The translations under genes and the position numbers were made by a program. DNA of 64,000 nt, from assembly GCA_038230375.1 (NCBI GenBank), contig JBBRNJ010000009.1:87941-151940 (forward strand), written 5' to 3'. Each line of letters starts with the position of its first letter. Within the stretch, counting starts at the first letter, position 1. The DNA comes from Polyangiales bacterium. Lineage in GTDB: Bacteria; Myxococcota_A; Polyangia; Polyangiales; Polyangiaceae. Under the pieces are notes generated by a model. That model worked only from the letters and a program-made list of their open reading frames with translations, was not told the DNA's origin and made no database searches. This document shows, piece after piece, positions 59,014 through 64,000 of the stretch.

Positions 59014-60072
59014 TCACAGCGGCTTGAACGCTTCGTACACGTCGGTGTTACCCGCGCCACCTGCCCGGATGCTGAACAGCACGATGTGGCAATCATCTTG
59101 TGAGACCCACGACGGCCCGGTGAACGAGCCGTTCACGTTCAGCTCCGGCACATAGACGGGTGCGTCGAACAGGTGGTTCTTGGCATCGCGCGTGGCCTTG
59201 AAGATCTGCATCGCGGGCGCGCCGCCATCGATCGGGCCGTACGCCCCGAGATACATCGTGAGCTGATCACCCGTGAGCACCGGATAGCGATCCTCCGTGG
59301 GCAGAACCTTGAACGCAGAAGCTGGAGCGTTGAACCCGTTGCCGCCCTTGTCCGCGAAGAAGATGTGGAAGCCTCCTGCGCGATTGCTGAAGAAGAAGAG
59401 CGTCTTGCCATCGGCGGTGAGGAACGGGGTCTCGTCGCTCGGGGCTTCGCTCAGCGACGACACTTCAACCGGCACGCTCCACACGCCCGTATTCAGCGCT
59501 GCACGTGACGTGGTGAAGAGGCTCGCGTTCGCGTTGCCAACCTTGTCGTAGAACTGGAAGTAGCCGATCAGCCCATCGGGCTCGAGCGTGAGGCCCGTCG
59601 CGCTCGTGGCCGCGCCGCCCTCGGCCACGCTCAGGGTATCGGCGGTGTCCTTGTAGAGCCACGCGGACTGCTTGTCGACGCGCGCGTAGCGCTTGATCTT
59701 ACGAGGCTGACCCGGCGGATAGGACGTCACGAAGAGCTCGAGCTCATTCGGGGAGAGGCTCGCGACCTCGTCGAAGTCGGAGGAGTTCGCCGCCGCGATC
59801 TTCGACGGCGCACCGAACGGTCTCGTGGGGTCGCATGCGGGCGCAGCATCCGCGCCACCGTCGAGCGTGCCAGCGTCGCTCTTGCCACCATCCGCGCCCG
59901 TGTTGCCCCCGCCGTCGGTGCCGGTGTTGTTGCTGCCGTCCGACTGGGAGGCGTTGCCGTCGTTGCCGTCACCGCCATCCGTGCTACCCGCGCCGCCAGA
60001 GTCACCGACGCAGTTGACCAGTAGACCCGTTGCAAGCGACGCAAGTGCGGACCAGGTAAGGAACCTTCTCAT
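59014..60072 (-). CDS. Lipoprotein with PD40/WD40-like beta-propeller repeats
   Basis: Lipobox LVNC, DGG linker, repeats such as P.LT.DG.TLFF.S.R.GG..I. Confidence 0.75.
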   Translation of the reverse strand: MRRFLTWSALASLATGLLVNCVGDSGGAGSTDGGDGNDGNASQSDGSNNTGTDGGGNTGADGGKSDAGTLDGGADAAPACDPTRPFGAPSKIAAANSSDFDEVASLSPNELELFVTSYPPGQPRKIKRYARVDKQSAWLYKDTADTLSVAEGGAATSATGLTLEPDGLIGYFQFYDKVGNANASLFTTSRAALNTGVWSVPVEVSSLSEAPSDETPFLTADGKTLFFFSNRAGGFHIFFADKGGNGFNAPASAFKVLPTEDRYPVLTGDQLTMYLGAYGPIDGGAPAMQIFKATRDAKNHLFDAPVYVPELNVNGSFTGPSWVSQDDCHIVLFSIRAGGAGNTDVYEAFKPL

Positions 60073-60171
60073 CACGATAGCGTAGTCGGACAAAAGCGAA
60101 GGTCAATGGGACCGTTGGGTACCCATTGACCTTGCAGGACGTGGCCAGAAGTAGCTGGCTTCCGCCTTACA

Positions 60172-61680
60172 TCACTCGCCTGGCGAGAACATGATGGGGT
60201 AGCTGACGGTGACGACGCCGTTGTCGGGTGAGGGGAACGAGAGCGCCTGGTAGGAGCGGACGACGCACTGCACGACCGCCTGATCCGGAATGTCCGAGCC
60301 ACCGTCCTGCGACACGTTCACGGAGCCGTCGCGACCGATGACGAACTTGGTGACCACGCGACCCGAGAGGCTCGGGTTGGTGCGGAGGCCCGCGTCGTAG
60401 CAAGCGCGGAAGCGACCGAAGTTCTGACGGACCACGCGCTGGATGACCTCGGGAGGAAGGTGACCACCGATGGTCGGCGGGCCGGCCTCGCGCGGGCCCT
60501 TGAACGTGGGCACGTGCTCACGCGGGAGACGACCGTGGCTGTAGCCGATGCCGCCGGGGCCGATGCCCTGACCGCAGTTGCCGTTCGTGCAGCCTGCGCC
60601 GTTGCCAAGGCCACCGATCTTGTCGAGACCGACGCCCGTGCCATTGCCGCCGCCGCCTTCACCGGTGCCGGAGAGGCCGAAGCCGCCACCGCCGAGCGCC
60701 TCGTCGATCGAGGAGCCCCACATGTTGCCGAGCGCGCTCTTCTCGTCGTGACCCTGCACTGCGTCCGCGCCCCAGGGCGACGCCGGCGCGTTCTTGTCCA
60801 TCGACATGGTGGAGATGATGCCGATCATGCCGAAGTCGCGGGCCAGCATGATGTCCTGCTTGCGCTGGAGCTCCGTGTTGGGGTTGTCCTTCGGACCCTC
60901 GAAGCCGTAGCGACCCTTCGTCGCAGTCGGCACGGTCTTGCCCATCTCGCCCTCGTCACCCTTGTGACGCTCGCCCGTGCCACCCGTGGCGGCGGAGTCG
61001 GACGCGGTGTCGTTGGAGGGCAGCTCGGTCTGCTCGCGGTCCGCGGCGGCGTTCAGCATCTTCTGCATGTAGAGGATGTTGTCGCGGTTCATGTTCTCCG
61101 CGTCGTCGGCGTTCATCTTCGGCATGAAGAACGCGAAGGCCGCGAAGATGGCGGCGTGAGCGACGAACGAGAGGCCCGTGAACTTGTGGGCAGAGAGCGA
61201 GAGACCCGCCATGAAGCCGGTCTCGATCTTCTTGCCGGCGCGCACCTGGGAGACCTCGAAGCGGATGTCCGTGCCGGGGAGCGCGAAGCTCACCTTGTTG
61301 CCGCTCTCGAGCGAGACCTGACCGTCCGGGGTCGACACGCGCACCGTGCCGGCCGCGTCCACGTCGACAACGGAGAGCTTGGTCGCGCCACCGAGCACGT
61401 CGGCAGCGAGCACGAAGTCCGCGCCGGTCTCACCGACGGAGAAGGAGCGCGGCGGCGAGAGGTGCTCGACATGGAGCACGTTCTGTCCCCACATCACCAT
61501 CACTTCGATCGCCTCGACATGAGCGGACTCGACCTCGTCCGAGGCGACGTGCGGCGCGCTCTGCACCATCACGTACGACGTCTCACCGGTCGGCGTCTTC
61601 TCATGCTCGACACCCGCGAACGGGTTCTCGATTGCGAAAGACGGTGCGAACGGGTTTGCGGCGAACGGGTTGATGCTCAT
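60172..61680 (-). CDS. AgmX/PglI C-terminal (TonB-C-like) domain protein, gliding-motility GltG-like layout
   Basis: EVMVMWG N-domain, TM S..AH, GDEGEMG, Gly-rich linker, LPPEVIQRVVRQNFGRFRACY...FPSP...VSYPI.F. Confidence 0.8.
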   Translation of the reverse strand: MSINPFAANPFAPSFAIENPFAGVEHEKTPTGETSYVMVQSAPHVASDEVESAHVEAIEVMVMWGQNVLHVEHLSPPRSFSVGETGADFVLAADVLGGATKLSVVDVDAAGTVRVSTPDGQVSLESGNKVSFALPGTDIRFEVSQVRAGKKIETGFMAGLSLSAHKFTGLSFVAHAAIFAAFAFFMPKMNADDAENMNRDNILYMQKMLNAAADREQTELPSNDTASDSAATGGTGERHKGDEGEMGKTVPTATKGRYGFEGPKDNPNTELQRKQDIMLARDFGMIGIISTMSMDKNAPASPWGADAVQGHDEKSALGNMWGSSIDEALGGGGFGLSGTGEGGGGNGTGVGLDKIGGLGNGAGCTNGNCGQGIGPGGIGYSHGRLPREHVPTFKGPREAGPPTIGGHLPPEVIQRVVRQNFGRFRACYDAGLRTNPSLSGRVVTKFVIGRDGSVNVSQDGGSDIPDQAVVQCVVRSYQALSFPSPDNGVVTVSYPIMFSPGE

Positions 61681-61868
61681 GGTGACCTTCTGCCGCAGGG
61701 CGGCGAATACGCGATGCCGGGATGGCAGCGCGTGTGTTGTTGAAGGTGCTCTTTTGACGACACGCTCCGGCTTGCGACCGTTTCGCGTTTCCCGCCAATC
61801 AACCTTCGCCAAGAAAGACACGAGACCTGGGGAAAGGTTCCACCAGGCGTTCCTTTTTTTGGGAGGCT

Positions 61869-63047
61869 TCAGGGACGGGTTTCTGGCCCCACGTCGACAC
61901 GGCCATAACTATATGAAACCTCGCGACTAAAGGAGCCGCGCCAGTCCACCGCTCGCAGCTTCAACACCTTCCTGTCACCCGTTGGGAGGACCTCCGGAAC
62001 GATAGGACCGAACGCCTGTGCAGCGAGCCTTTGCGCCTTTCCGGTCGCTTCACTACCAATGAATACACCGCACTTCCGCGCCGTGGAGTTCGTGCATCCC
62101 ACCAGGATGGAGAGCGCCTCGTTCGGCGTGGGTCTCCACGTGAGCGCGTTCACATAGTTGCATTCTACAAGTTTTTCGGGATCGAACGCGCGCGGCGGAA
62201 GATCGCCGAACAGCTCCTTCAGCGGAGCGATGCGCACGGCCTCGAGCGACGCGCCGCCCTCCACGGCCAGCGATACGACAGCGGGGTTCTTGTCCCCTGC
62301 ACAGCACCTGAAGCCGATGGTGGAGGCCTTGGTGGATGGCGAGCGCGCCAGACCGTTCGCGCAACGATCGACGACCTCGCCTGCAACGGCGCTACCGCCG
62401 CGCAGTGCACCGTCCGTGGCATTGGCGGAGCTGCGCCCCCAGTCGCTCTGGGTCCACTCCCAGACGCCGCCGTGCATGTCCATCACACCGAACACGCTCT
62501 TGCACGCGCTTCGCTCGCCGGAGGGCCGCTTGGCCGAGACCTCGGCAGTGACACCCGTGCCGCACGCTGCGGCGCGGTAGGTCTCGCCGTAGGCATAGGT
62601 GGTGTTGTCCGGGCCCTTGCAGGCGCGCTCCCATTCGAGCTCCGTGCAGAGGCGCTTGCCCTTGGTGCCACAGAGGCGCGTGGCCTCGTCGCGGTTGATG
62701 TTGGTGGTGGGAATGGCGCCCTGCTCGTTGGGGAACGGGAGCACGTCAATGAAGAAGCCGTTCATGGGCACTGTCACGCCTGGCATCTCCTCGTCTGCGA
62801 GGCGCGGCGTCTTGCCCTTCGCCGTGCCGGCCTTGAGGTCTCCCGATGGAACCCAGACCATACCGGCGCGCGGTGGCGGCGGCGCACTGGATGCAATGGC
62901 GATGGGGCCGGGCGTCGCAGCGTCGCCGTCATCGGTAGCCGCAGGCTTCTTGTCGCATGCCGATGCGAGCACGAGCGCGATGACGACAGCGCCTCTCGCA
63001 AACGCACCCGCAGCACCACCGTTTTCCCCGGGAGCTCGCGCCGTCAA
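61869..63047 (-). CDS. FGE-sulfatase (SUMF1) domain lipoprotein
   Basis: GMVWVPSG, KRLCTELEWERACKG, DMHGGVWEW, LRGG, IGFRCC. Confidence 0.85.
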   Translation of the reverse strand: MTARAPGENGGAAGAFARGAVVIALVLASACDKKPAATDDGDAATPGPIAIASSAPPPPRAGMVWVPSGDLKAGTAKGKTPRLADEEMPGVTVPMNGFFIDVLPFPNEQGAIPTTNINRDEATRLCGTKGKRLCTELEWERACKGPDNTTYAYGETYRAAACGTGVTAEVSAKRPSGERSACKSVFGVMDMHGGVWEWTQSDWGRSSANATDGALRGGSAVAGEVVDRCANGLARSPSTKASTIGFRCCAGDKNPAVVSLAVEGGASLEAVRIAPLKELFGDLPPRAFDPEKLVECNYVNALTWRPTPNEALSILVGCTNSTARKCGVFIGSEATGKAQRLAAQAFGPIVPEVLPTGDRKVLKLRAVDWRGSFSREVSYSYGRVDVGPETRP

Positions 63048-63056
63048 GCCAACGCC

Positions 63057-64000
63057 TTAGTCCTTGTCGCTCGGACCTTCGCGCAAGTTGAGCTCCTTCA
63101 TCTTGAGCTGCAGACCCTTGCGCGAGATCTTGAGGAGGCGGGCCGCGTGCGTGACGTTTCCCCCCGTCTGCTTGAGCGCGCGGCTCACGATCTCGCGCTC
63201 CAGGCGGCTCATGGCGACCTTCACGTGCTCCTTCAAGCCACCCTCGGCGGAGAGCGCGACGTCGAGAGAACCGTCACTGGCGGCCATACCGGAGTGGGGA
63301 AGCGAGATGCCACCGAGCGCGTCCGTGCTTCCGGTGCGGAGCTCCTGCGGCAGATGCTCGAGCGCGAGCTTCTGCGCGTCGCAGAAGAGCACCGCCCGCT
63401 CCATGACGTTCTCGAGCTCGCGGATGTTGCCGGGCCACGAATAGGTGGAGAGGAGGTCCAGCGCGTCCTGCTCCACGCCCACCACCGTCTTCTTCAGGCG
63501 CTCGTTGAACTTGGTGAGGAAGTGCTCGACGAGCAGGGGGATGTCGGCGTTTCGCTCGCGCAGCGCGGGCAAGCGGATCGACACGACGTTGAGCCGGTAG
63601 AAGAGATCCTCGCGAAACGTGCCCTGTGCGATGAGCTTCTTCAGATCGCGGTTCGTCGCAGCGACGAGGCGCACGTCGACGTGGATCGTCTTGATGCCGC
63701 CGACGCGCTCGAACTCGCTCTCCTGCAGTGCGCGGAGCAACTTCACCTGCATCTCGACGGGGATCTCGCCGATCTCGTCTAGGAAGAGCGTGCCGCCATT
63801 CGCGAGCTCGAACCGGCCAGGCTTGCTGCCGACCGCGCCGGTGAACGCGCCGCGCTCGTAGCCGAAGAGCTCGCTCTCGATGAGCTCCTTCGGGATGGCC
63901 GCGCAGTTCACCTTGATGAACGGCTTGTCCTTGCGCGTGGAGTGATCATGCAGCGCGCGCGCGACGAGCTCCTTGCCGGTGCCGCTCTCACCCGTGATGA
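63057..64000 (-). CDS. Sigma-54-dependent transcriptional activator (5' end outside window)
   Basis: [33 protein letters not shown]-terminal Fis HTH. Confidence 0.95.
   Translation of the reverse strand, partial: ITGESGTGKELVARALHDHSTRKDKPFIKVNCAAIPKELIESELFGYERGAFTGAVGSKPGRFELANGGTLFLDEIGEIPVEMQVKLLRALQESEFERVGGIKTIHVDVRLVAATNRDLKKLIAQGTFREDLFYRLNVVSIRLPALRERNADIPLLVEHFLTKFNERLKKTVVGVEQDALDLLSTYSWPGNIRELENVMERAVLFCDAQKLALEHLPQELRTGSTDALGGISLPHSGMAASDGSLDVALSAEGGLKEHVKVAMSRLEREIVSRALKQTGGNVTHAARLLKISRKGLQLKMKELNLREGPSDKD

Overview
GC-rich bacterial chromosomal window. Gene content (TIGR02266/PilZ-like proteins, AgmX/PglI-type protein, several Hanks kinases, PP2C, sigma-54 activator) suggests Myxococcota, probably Polyangiales-like; this is inference. 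It holds about 55 CDS and two tRNAs (Gln-TTG, Lys-CTT). Main observations: (1) A 4.5-kb element is integrated at tRNA-Lys between perfect 24-bp att repeats. The att core lies inside the integrase reading frame, so excision would swap a 13-aa tRNA-antisense-encoded C-terminus for a 77-aa tail stored at the other end. The element also has arm-type repeats, an RHH regulator and a non-canonical FicA/FicT-like module. (2) A 440-bp relic at tRNA-Gln has the same geometry and a homologous, nonsense-mutated tail, implying a family of such elements. (3) An apparently uncharacterised synthase-dependent polysaccharide locus (processive GT2, MFP-like and secreted helical proteins) is divergent from GH16 and heparinase II/III-like lipoproteins, with back-to-back sigma-54 motifs. 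(4) A 7-kb cluster encodes duplicated small Cys lipoproteins, TRL-like lipoproteins, putative beta-barrels and a YiiX-like amidase. (5) A zinc-ribbon gene has an in-frame TGA exactly at a Cys position. All protein calls come from motif reading, not database searches.
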